Below are positions 8,852 through 16,649 of a stretch of DNA of 64,000 bases, piece by piece. The DNA comes from a bacterium (GTDB lineage: Bacteria > Patescibacteriota > Dojkabacteria > SC72 > WJKH01). The notes beneath the pieces are model-generated. The model saw only the letters and a list, made by a program, of their open reading frames with translations, made no database searches and was not told the origin of the DNA. Numbering within the stretch: the first letter of the stretch is position 1; the number at the start of each line of letters is the position of its first letter. The position numbers and the translations under genes are program-made. The DNA lies in NCBI GenBank assembly GCA_029547225.1, contig JAKPPS010000042.1, positions 4,459 through 68,458 on the forward strand. Direction: 5' to 3'.

Positions 8852-9055
8852 AAATATTGCCTAATAAGTTATATCTACAAGGACGTTTCCGTGGTACCAC
8901 CTTGCTTTGAGTTACTATCACTAATAACTCCTTATTAGGTTTCTATCAAAACCTTTTTGTTTACAGTTTCTATCTGGATCTACTTAGTCACATTTCTGTT
9001 TGTTGTAGTCTGCTCGGGAGTGGCTGGCCTTTCGACCTCTTTCCTTCAATGCATT
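8852..9055 (-). promoter_or_regulatory. T-box riboswitch leader upstream of alaS
   Basis: The minus-strand RNA contains GCAAGG-UGGUACC-ACG-GAAA-CGU-CCUUGU (8905-8877). This gives helix A1 CAAGG/CCUUG, the 7-nt bulge UGGUACC and helix A2 ACG/CGU with a GAAA loop. A Stem-III-like hairpin GAGUUA..UAACUC (8930-8909) sits just upstream. Confidence 0.75.
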
Positions 9056-9061
9056 TATATA

Positions 9062-9090
9062 ATTATAGTATTGATTGCATCTAAAGTCAA
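9062..9090 (-). promoter_or_regulatory. Sigma70-type promoter for the T-box leader and alaS
   Basis: On the minus strand, TTGACT (9090-9085), exactly 17 nt, then TATAAT (9067-9062). Confidence 0.7.
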
Positions 9091-9099
9091 AAAACGTTT

Positions 9100-9431
9100 C
9101 TCATTTTGTTCAGAATAAGGGAGTTGTACTTGGAGTACTTTTCCAAAAATATTTTTATGTTTTCACGCAAAGATCTTGTATCTATGGGTATTTTCATTGT
9201 ATAGCTGACTATAAATAGCGTAATTATATTGATATTACGCACCTTTTGTACTCGTTAAAAAATTAGTTCGAATTGAGAATGAATTCAACTCAAAGCACTC
9301 AACCCAGTTGAAAGAAAGCTGTGGAATACGTATACTTAAGAAAGGGTTGAGGTGGAAAAAGTTAACCATTTTGTCCAACTCCCCCAACCACAACTACCGG
9401 TTGACACTATATAGTAGTGGTTCGAGCCGTC
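9100..9431 (+). repeat. Modular intergenic element, copy 3 (minimal form, about 330 nt, variable site empty)
   Basis: The 5' block and core are nearly identical to copy 2. The core runs straight through CTCCCCCAACCA (about 9378-9390) into GGTTGACACTATATAGTAGTGGTTCGAGCCGT. Confidence 0.8.
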
Positions 9432-9480
9432 ATAAATAGGAACTTTGATCGCAAGAAAGTTCAAAAATTTAATAAAAAAT

Positions 9481-10425
9481 ATGGATAATTCAAAATTGAT
9501 TTACATAACAGCGGATGGTTTATATTCAGATATTGACATATATGCTTGCTCAATTGCCTATGCCGAATTGCTTCGTCTTAGAGGTAAAAATGCTATTGCA
9601 GTTGTAAATACGACTTTTACTGAATCTGTCCCTCAGTTTTTATTAGATCTCGACGTTGAATATTTAAATCAGTCAAATATCGACTGGAACAAGGCAGATG
9701 CACTGATCATATTAGATCGTTCTGATAGTGAAGGTCTACAGAAAAATATCAATATATCTAAAGTAATTGAACTATATGATCATCACTTTGGATATGAAGA
9801 ATATTGGTCGAAACTTTTAGGTAGCAGAGCGCATATAGAAAAAGTTGGCTCATGTGCAACACTAATATGGGAGCAGATAAAGCTACACAATCAAGAAAAA
9901 AAGATTTCAAAGAATAGTCTTATATTGTTGTATTTAGCTATTATCTCCAATACACTAAACTTTAAGTCAGGTGTTACAACAGATAGAGACATTCAGGCTT
10001 CCAAAGAAATTAAAATAATCGCGAATATACCAAACGAATTCTCGAGTGATTACTTTAAAAAAGTTTCAACAAGTATAATTAATGCACCTTATGAAGCTAT
10101 GCTAAAGGATGTAAAATTTGTAGTAATTAATGGTAGTCAGCAAATCGCAATTGGTCAATTAGAAATATGGGATGCTAAAGAGATTCAAAATGCCATAATT
10201 CTCAAATTGGAAACATTTCTGCCTAATTTTGAGAATATTCCGTGGTTTGTTACTATAGCCTCTATAAAAGACGGTAAAACAATTCTAATTTCCAAATCGA
10301 CTGAAATGAAGATTATGTTAAATAAAGCTTTAAGTATTAAGTGGGAAGAGGATATATCTTATATATGTTCATCATTGTTACTACGGAAAGAGATTATTAA
10401 AGCATTACAAAAGGTGCATTTTTAA
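9481..10425 (+). CDS. DHH-family protein resembling family II inorganic pyrophosphatase (PpaC-like), N-terminal metal motif diverged
   Basis: A DHH motif (ELYDHHFG) and overall collinearity with PpaC (VGSCATLIW..., AIISNTLNFKS). I chose the start at ATG 9481; the ORF track starts at TTG 9445. Confidence 0.6.
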   Translation: MDNSKLIYITADGLYSDIDIYACSIAYAELLRLRGKNAIAVVNTTFTESVPQFLLDLDVEYLNQSNIDWNKADALIILDRSDSEGLQKNINISKVIELYDHHFGYEEYWSKLLGSRAHIEKVGSCATLIWEQIKLHNQEKKISKNSLILLYLAIISNTLNFKSGVTTDRDIQASKEIKIIANIPNEFSSDYFKKVSTSIINAPYEAMLKDVKFVVINGSQQIAIGQLEIWDAKEIQNAIILKLETFLPNFENIPWFVTIASIKDGKTILISKSTEMKIMLNKALSIKWEEDISYICSSLLLRKEIIKALQKVHF

Positions 10426-10430
10426 TTGTT

Positions 10431-11046
10431 CATGAGTTTGTTCAGAACTTTCTAGTAAATTTTGAAAACAAAGTTGGATTATCACGCAAAACATATTGAT
10501 AATCCATTGTTTTCAATATACTAGTTTTGATTAAATTGTAAAAGATCCTGATATTGCTAGCTTTTCACCACTTCAAGAAACAACTGCTTGTTTGCAAATA
10601 AACGTTTATCGAAATCCTCACTCCAATTGAAAGATAATGCTGGAATGCGTATACTTAAGAAAGGGTTGAGATGGAAAAAGTTAACCATTTTGTTCAGCTC
10701 CCCCAATGGTTCGACAGGCTCACCATTGCAAGGATATAATAGATTTATGCGGACGGTATATATTCTTCTTTGCGATGACAAAACATATTATGTCGGTATA
10801 ACGACTGATTTAAGTAATCGCCTTTTTCAGCATCGAAATGGCGATTCTTTTTATACTAAACGATTTAAACAATTAGATTTAGTGTATCGAGAGGAATTAG
10901 CAAATCAAATAGAAGCTGAAAAAAGAGAGAGGCAGATAAAGAAATGGAGTAGAGCAAAGAATTGTCGAAGGGAGTCCATGTCCCGCAACCAAGGTGTCCT
11001 GTACAAACACTATGGTTGACCATATATAACAATGGTTCGAGCCGTA
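10431..11046 (+). mobile_element. Modular intergenic element, copy 4, carrying a GIY-YIG ORF at the variable site
   Basis: 5' block TTTGTTCAGAA..CACGCAAAACATATTGATAA. Core at 10622-10705. Hairpin AATGGT-TCGACAGGCTC-ACCATT, then the ORF. 3' end CGCAACCA..TATGGTTGACCATATA..GGTTCGAGCCGTA. Confidence 0.75.
10747..11019 (+). CDS. GIY-YIG (URI domain) nuclease family protein, small stand-alone type
   Basis: MRTVYILLCDDKTYYVGITTDLSNRLFQHRNG...EKRERQIKKWSRAKN carries the GIY/YVG...R...E motifs. The start is taken at internal ATG 10747, because the upstream part of ORF 10588.. is the element core. The last 19 or so codons read through element 3' sequence. Confidence 0.75.
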   Translation: MRTVYILLCDDKTYYVGITTDLSNRLFQHRNGDSFYTKRFKQLDLVYREELANQIEAEKRERQIKKWSRAKNCRRESMSRNQGVLYKHYG

Positions 11047-11128
11047 TGAAATCAACTTTTTCGCATTTCTAAAATCGGTTCGAGTATATTCGATAGAAAA
11101 AAATCATTATTTCTGATAGTATTTAAGC

Positions 11129-11752
11129 ATGATAAAAAAATTAAACTTTTCAAACGAGTTCTTTGAGGTTTCTTATATTAATGATCAGATAATTGAATCT
11201 ATTGATAATTTTACAATTGTTGTAAATTTATCTAAAAATCCAATTAAAGTTGATTTTGTTAGCGAAATTACCCAGGATAAATCATTTATGCTTCATAAAT
11301 GTAACAAACCGTTAAAAGTGAATGAGTGCCTGCTTGTCAAATACAATTTTGATCCATCAATTGTGAATCTAGATCTACAGAAATTCTGCACTTCCAATTG
11401 GAACAATAACAAAATAAGATATCCAGAGGATCCTTCAAAATGGAATTATGCTATTTTACGCTCTCCTATAGATAAATTAGGCAAGTTTGAATTTAACTGT
11501 TGGTATTTACCAAAAAATACAGCAAGTAGTATTCATAATGAACACTCATTTACAGAAGTACACACACAAATTTACGGTTTAGGTATTATGAATAAATTCT
11601 CAGATAATAATAAGGAGTCGCTTTATCAAAGAATGTATATGGCTCCAGGTTTTACCCACGATTACTTCTTCAATAACGAGATTAAATATCCATGGCACCA
11701 ATATGAAGCAGTAAGCGAATGTATTTGGATGGCTATTTGCAAATACAAATAG
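11129..11752 (+). CDS. Hypothetical protein
   Basis: 207-aa ORF bracketed by element copies 4 and 5. I recognise no family. The His-rich stretch SIHNEHSFTEVHTQ could bind metal (speculative). Confidence 0.4.
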   Translation: MIKKLNFSNEFFEVSYINDQIIESIDNFTIVVNLSKNPIKVDFVSEITQDKSFMLHKCNKPLKVNECLLVKYNFDPSIVNLDLQKFCTSNWNNNKIRYPEDPSKWNYAILRSPIDKLGKFEFNCWYLPKNTASSIHNEHSFTEVHTQIYGLGIMNKFSDNNKESLYQRMYMAPGFTHDYFFNNEIKYPWHQYEAVSECIWMAICKYK

Positions 11753-11765
11753 AAGTAAATTGTTC

Positions 11766-12450
11766 ATCATTTTGTTCAGAATGGGTGACCTGAACATGAA
11801 GGTACTTTTCAAAAATAATCCTGTACGTTCACGCAAAACATATTGATAAACCAACATTTCGGCAATGTAACATTTAGCATAAATCGTAAAAGAGCTTGAT
11901 ATTCCTACGTTTTTACGATTTCAAGAAACAATTGCTTATTAGTAAATAATCGTTTGTAAAAATACTCAACCCAGTTGAAAGAAAGCTGTGGAATACGTAT
12001 ACTTGAGAAGGGATTGAGATGGAAAAAGTTCCTGAGTTTGTCCAACTCCCCCAATGGTTCGACAGGCTCACCATTGTATTTGTTTTTAAAATTGATAACT
12101 TTATATATTCTTCTTTGCGATAAAACTTACTATTATGTTGGAATAACATCCGATTTAGAAAATCGAGTTTTTCAACATAGTAATAAATTATCATTTTATA
12201 CAAAAAGATTTAATAACATTGAAGTAGTTTATACTGAAAAGTATTTAAATCTTAAAGATGCTGAAAAGAGAGAAATGCAAATAAAGAAATGGAGTAAAGC
12301 AAAGAAGAAGTCTTTGATAGAAGAGAATATATCTGAATTGGTGAGCTTATCGAAGCATAGTTAAGCCAAAGAGAGAGCCTTATGAGTTTGCATCGAGCAA
12401 ATCCTGAGTTTCTCTAAGGATCGTCGAGGTGAGTCCAGTTTGGACAATTT
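11766..12450 (+). mobile_element. Modular intergenic element, copy 5, carrying a GIY-YIG ORF; the canonical 3' block is missing
   Basis: 5' block TTTGTTCAGAA..CACGCAAAACATATTGATAA. Core at 11970-12052. The same AATGGTTCGACAGGCTCACCATT hairpin precedes the ORF. The post-ORF GTCGAGGTGAGTCCAGTTTGGAC resembles copy 4, but there is no GGTTGAC..GGTTCGAGCCGTA end. Confidence 0.65.
12092..12364 (+). CDS. GIY-YIG (URI domain) nuclease family protein, small stand-alone type
   Basis: LYILLCDKTYYYVGITSDLENRVFQHSN...EKREMQIKKWSKAKK. The start is uncertain: I chose TTG 12092, while the ORF track starts at 11975 inside the element core. Confidence 0.65.
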   Translation: MITLYILLCDKTYYYVGITSDLENRVFQHSNKLSFYTKRFNNIEVVYTEKYLNLKDAEKREMQIKKWSKAKKKSLIEENISELVSLSKHS

Positions 12451-12538
12451 TATTATTTTATAAATCTTTCCCAGTTCAGATATAATCCGATTTACTAATA
12501 TATAAGAAAAGTGATTATTAATAATAATAAAAATTTTT

Positions 12539-13075
12539 ATGATACTAAAAATTGATAAAAATCAACTTTCTCAAATAGATATCAAGTGTTTAGAAATTGC
12601 AATAAAAGAAGCACAAAAAAGCTTTTATTTGGGATCATATCCCGTAGGATCAGTATTATTACTCAACGAAACTGAGATATTTTCTGCTGGCAACACAGCT
12701 CAAATAAAAAATAATTTATTTTTCCATGCAGAGAACTCATTGATTGAAAAATATGGATCAAAAATGTATGAATGTTTCAAAAACAAACAATCTATAAAAT
12801 TATATTCAACTTTAGAGCCTTGTCTTATGTGTTTAGGTGCTGCTATTATGAATAAAGTTAACGAAATTTTTTTTGTCCAACACGATCCGCACGCAGGTGC
12901 ATGTAATATTGATATCAAAGCTCTTGGCATTAGATATTCAGAAAATATGCCTATAATCAAACATGTTGCATATTCCGATATCCCTTATAAATTATTGATT
13001 GAATTTTTCAATTCTGAGATATCAAAGGGTAATCCTTGGGGTAAAAAGATGTTGGAGATTTACGAGAAGAGTTAA
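12539..13075 (+). CDS. CMP/dCMP-type zinc deaminase (TadA/guanine-deaminase-like)
   Basis: 178-aa ORF with HAENSLIE (HAE) and EPCLMCLGA (PCxxC) motifs. Confidence 0.7.
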   Translation: MILKIDKNQLSQIDIKCLEIAIKEAQKSFYLGSYPVGSVLLLNETEIFSAGNTAQIKNNLFFHAENSLIEKYGSKMYECFKNKQSIKLYSTLEPCLMCLGAAIMNKVNEIFFVQHDPHAGACNIDIKALGIRYSENMPIIKHVAYSDIPYKLLIEFFNSEISKGNPWGKKMLEIYEKS

Positions 13076-13099
13076 ATCATAAATCTTCTCCGATAATTC

Positions 13100-14887
13100 T
13101 TACTTTACTGTAACACTTTTTGCAAGATTTCGAGGTTTATCAGGACTATTGCCCAGTTGTATGCCTAAATAATATGAAATTAGCTGGAAGGGAATAATTT
13201 TTGTTAAGCTGTCAATATAATCAGATTTACAAGATGGGATAAAAGTATTAAAAAGCTGATTGTCTTGATCTGAAATGCCGACAACAAAGGCTCCTCTAGC
13301 TTTTACTTGAGCAACTGCGCTCAACATATCTTCTTTATATTCATCATCGCTTATAATTGCAATTACGGGGGTTTCTTTTTCGATAAGAGCAATAACTCCA
13401 TGCTTGAGTTCGCCTGCAGAAAAGCCTTCAAAATGTTTGTAAGTAATCTCTTTTATTTTCAAAGCTCCCTCAAGTGCAATGTAATAATTTTGGCCTTTGC
13501 CAAGTACAAAAAAATGCTCTTTATTAGCGAAATTCTTTGCAATCTCTTTAAATACTTTCTCAGACTTAAAAAATTTTTTCGATCTAAAATAGTTTTCTAA
13601 CATTTCACTTATGCGATAGATTTCGTTGACTGCATCATCATGTTTGCCAACTAAACTCATCGCCAATAAAAAGCCCCAGCTTATCTGTGCAGTGAAAGCT
13701 TTTGTTGATGCGACACATATTTCAGGCCCAGATCTTGAGAGAAATTGATAATCACTAATCCTAGTTATTGTAGAACCTTGCATGTTTACTATGCTTGCAA
13801 TTTTTACACCTTTGTTTTTTGCAATTTCAAGAGCTTCTATTGTGTCAGCAGTTTCTCCACTTTGTGATACAGCAATAATCAGATCTTTGTCACAAAATAT
13901 CTCTTTGTAACTGTCAATATCATAAGATTTTAATTCAGTAACATTGATTTTAGCGATTTTCCGTAGGTAATAAGCAATTTGTCCAGCGGCAAAACCTGCA
14001 GTGCCAGCGCCGACTGTATACACATGATTTGATTTATTTATTGCTTCAATTAAATCATGTAGTTCTTCAATACTGTATTGTACTGCATTTCGGATAGTAT
14101 CTTTCTGCTCAAAAATCTCTTTTATCATGTAATGATCATGTCCTTGTATTTCAATGTCCACATTATCTTGTTCTATTAAGCTTTCTTGATAACTGATTTT
14201 GTTGCCATTATTGACATTATAGATATCTAATTGCTCATTTTCAGTTTTGTAAGCTATCATTTCGTAATTATTGAGGTAGATAACTCGATTTGTATGATTG
14301 CCAAAAGATAATGTATCAGACGCAATAAATATTTCGCCTTGAGCAATGCCGATCACAAGTGGTGAACCGTTTCTTACTGCATATACCTCTTTGCCTGAAG
14401 TAGGAAGTATAATAATTGTATTCCTACCTTTCAGATCAACAAAAGCCTTTTTTATAGCGTCAAAGAGGTTATCAGTGCTCTTTAATTTCTCCTCAATCAA
14501 TCGTACGATTACTTCTGTGTCAGTTTCTGTGATAAATTTGTGATTTTTAGTTATCAATGTATTTTTAAGCTCTTGGTAATTTTCAACTATACCGTTTTGG
14601 GCTACAACAAAAGATTTGTCAGCAGAAAAGTGGGGATGAGCATTTACATTTGAAACACCGCCATGAGTTGCCCATCTTGTATGTCCGATACCAATATTTG
14701 AAAAGGGTAGTTTTTCTAATTCCTCAAAATCACCTATGGCTCCGACCTTTTTGATTACTTCTATACCGTCTTTACTTGCAAGTGCAACCCCCCAAGAATC
14801 ATATCCTCTATATTCTAATCTTTTCAATCCCTCAATTATAACTGAGCCAGCATCCTTTTTCCCTGCATATCCAAATATTCCACACAT
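13100..14887 (-). CDS. glmS: Glutamine--fructose-6-phosphate aminotransferase (isomerizing)
   Basis: 595-aa ORF. It has the N-terminal MCGIFGY nucleophile, two SIS-domain patterns (VSQSGETADT) and the C-terminal KSVTV motif. Confidence 0.95.
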   Translation of the reverse strand: MCGIFGYAGKKDAGSVIIEGLKRLEYRGYDSWGVALASKDGIEVIKKVGAIGDFEELEKLPFSNIGIGHTRWATHGGVSNVNAHPHFSADKSFVVAQNGIVENYQELKNTLITKNHKFITETDTEVIVRLIEEKLKSTDNLFDAIKKAFVDLKGRNTIIILPTSGKEVYAVRNGSPLVIGIAQGEIFIASDTLSFGNHTNRVIYLNNYEMIAYKTENEQLDIYNVNNGNKISYQESLIEQDNVDIEIQGHDHYMIKEIFEQKDTIRNAVQYSIEELHDLIEAINKSNHVYTVGAGTAGFAAGQIAYYLRKIAKINVTELKSYDIDSYKEIFCDKDLIIAVSQSGETADTIEALEIAKNKGVKIASIVNMQGSTITRISDYQFLSRSGPEICVASTKAFTAQISWGFLLAMSLVGKHDDAVNEIYRISEMLENYFRSKKFFKSEKVFKEIAKNFANKEHFFVLGKGQNYYIALEGALKIKEITYKHFEGFSAGELKHGVIALIEKETPVIAIISDDEYKEDMLSAVAQVKARGAFVVGISDQDNQLFNTFIPSCKSDYIDSLTKIIPFQLISYYLGIQLGNSPDKPRNLAKSVTVK

Positions 14888-15377
14888 AAAGATAATCTTA
14901 ATAATTTATTAAACTATTTATCAACACCTGCTTATACTCCGTTGCATGTTTTGATGTGTAATAATTTTCTATGAACTGCAAAATACCCAGTATAATTATA
15001 CTATGTTAATTAGTAAATAATTGCAAGAAATACAAGAATATTACTAATCTTAATATGATAGGGTTTGATTAGTTTGACAAAATAATTAAATAAAAAAGGA
15101 CTCGTTTCGATTTTTCTGACAAGCGAGATTTTTCCTTTACAATTTTTGCATAAAATAATAAATTTCGTAAATAAAGAGAGAAAATTGTACGCTTGAATTA
15201 ATTATCACAACAAATCAGATTATATAAATTAGAAAATGAATCTTAACAATGTAAGAGAATGAGATAATGAGCTTGCTTTGTATGTTTAGTTCAACTTGTT
15301 TAAAACAAGTTTAAATATCTTTTATTTTTTAGGTTTAAAAATGATATTATACTCTAATTAATTTTTGTTATATATTA

Positions 15378-16151
15378 ATGGAACAATTACTTATATTGTT
15401 AGGTATCTCTGTAGGGATAAATCTTATTATGTTTCTAATCGCTTTTAGATTTAAAACAGATAAGTTAACAGATATCTCTTATGCAGTAACATTTGTTACG
15501 CTGGCGTTTTACGGGTTGATAAGCTCTCATGCTTCAATAACATTGATAATACTCACGAGCATGATATGTATTTGGGCTCTAAGATTAGGTTTATATTTAC
15601 TCCAAAGAATTAGAAGGATAGGTAAAGATAGTCGTTTTGACGATAAGAGGGAGAAATTTTGGTCGTTTTTAGGGTTTTGGTTATTGCAGGGTTTTACTGT
15701 CTGGGTAGTTATGCTACCAAGTAATCTGTATTATGTCAGTGGCGGAAGTCAAATCTCAATATTATCTTTGATTGGAATCTTACTTTGGATTTGTGGATTG
15801 ACTATAGAAGCTATTTCAGATATGCAGAAATATAATTTTATAAATAATGAAAAAAACAAGGGCAAATGGATTGAGCAAGGTCTATGGAAATATTCCCGAC
15901 ATCCAAATTATCTTGGAGAGATTATGGTTTGGCTAGGTATATATATTTTCACATTGACAGGCTTGAATACTGTGCAATCGTTTATCGGTTTAATCAGTCC
16001 AATGTATATTGCAACTTTATTGATTTTTGTTAGCGGTATACCATTGCTAGAAAAATCTGCCGACGAAAGATGGGGTAAAGATCCTAAATATCAAACTTAC
16101 AAAAAACAAACAAGCGTTTTGTTGTTATTGCCAAAGCGTAAAATCAAGTAA
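15378..16151 (+). CDS. DUF1295 / steroid-5-alpha-reductase-like membrane protein
   Basis: 257-aa polytopic ORF. WKYSRHPNYLGEIMVWLG matches the family signature as I recall it. Confidence 0.7.
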   Translation: MEQLLILLGISVGINLIMFLIAFRFKTDKLTDISYAVTFVTLAFYGLISSHASITLIILTSMICIWALRLGLYLLQRIRRIGKDSRFDDKREKFWSFLGFWLLQGFTVWVVMLPSNLYYVSGGSQISILSLIGILLWICGLTIEAISDMQKYNFINNEKNKGKWIEQGLWKYSRHPNYLGEIMVWLGIYIFTLTGLNTVQSFIGLISPMYIATLLIFVSGIPLLEKSADERWGKDPKYQTYKKQTSVLLLLPKRKIK

Positions 16152-16285
16152 TACTACCAAAATAAATAATACTGATTACGGAAATATTTTACGTAACCAA
16201 ATAATATTGACAACACGAAAAATCTAGAGAGTAATTTAAAATTAGATTTTATAGTAAATATTTTGATTATTCTTCTTAATTTTTT

Positions 16286-16336
16286 GTTTGCCACCATCCG
16301 TTTTACAGAGCACGAAAATTTACCCATGACTACCCA
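16286..16336 (-). repeat. Box-1 intergenic repeat (diverged copy)
   Basis: The reverse complement reads TGGGTAGTCATGG..(about 28 nt)..GGTGGCAAAC. It shares the 13-mer TGGGTAGTCATGG with copies at 37251, 52786 and 57758. Confidence 0.6.
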
Positions 16337-16494
16337 AGTTATAGTTGTTGCCTAAATTGTGTACCCTTACACTTTTGAGGCGTTATAGATATTAAAGTTA
16401 ATATTGTCAAAGATAAATTTGTCTTTGGCCAGTAAAGAGAACAGGATTAAATGTGATATTTGTGATAGCGCTCAGCGCTTAAGTAAAAGCGCAT

Positions 16495-16542
16495 GGATTG
16501 TAATGGTAGCGGGTGAATTTCCTGAATGGGCATGGTTATATA
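16495..16542 (+). repeat. Box-2 intergenic repeat
   Basis: GGATTGTAATGGTAGCG..GGCATGGTTATATA matches the consensus GGATTGTAATGGTGACG-N12-20-GCRTGGTTAYAT. Confidence 0.6.
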
Positions 16543-16649
16543 AAATTGTAGCTATACGCGAAACTGAAAAGTCCATTTCTTCATTAAATTTTTACAATTT
16601 TAAATAGTTGGTACATTATCGCTAAATATTCTATAATGGTGTTATTAAA

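Noticed and set aside
10588-10746. The long N-terminal extensions of the GIY-YIG ORFs in the ORF track (10588.. and 11975..) translate the element core as ...GMRILKKGLRWKKL...SPNGSTGSPL.
   Set aside because: The same nucleotide block is present in copies 1-3, which have no GIY-YIG domain. It contains a perfect hairpin and an apparently compensated helix, and conservation is at the nucleotide level. The frame is open in all five copies, so a short leader peptide or a true N-terminal domain cannot be fully excluded.
14888-15377. A possible glmS ribozyme in the 490-nt region upstream of glmS.
   Set aside because: The minus-strand sequence is extremely AT-rich and lacks any of the GC-rich conserved core segments of the glmS ribozyme.
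16404-16607. 67-aa ORF in the 500-nt gap before the DUF853 ATPase gene.
   Set aside because: It spans a box-2 repeat and short palindromes (AGCGCTCAGCGCT). It has no recognisable motif or ribosome-binding site and is more likely non-coding.
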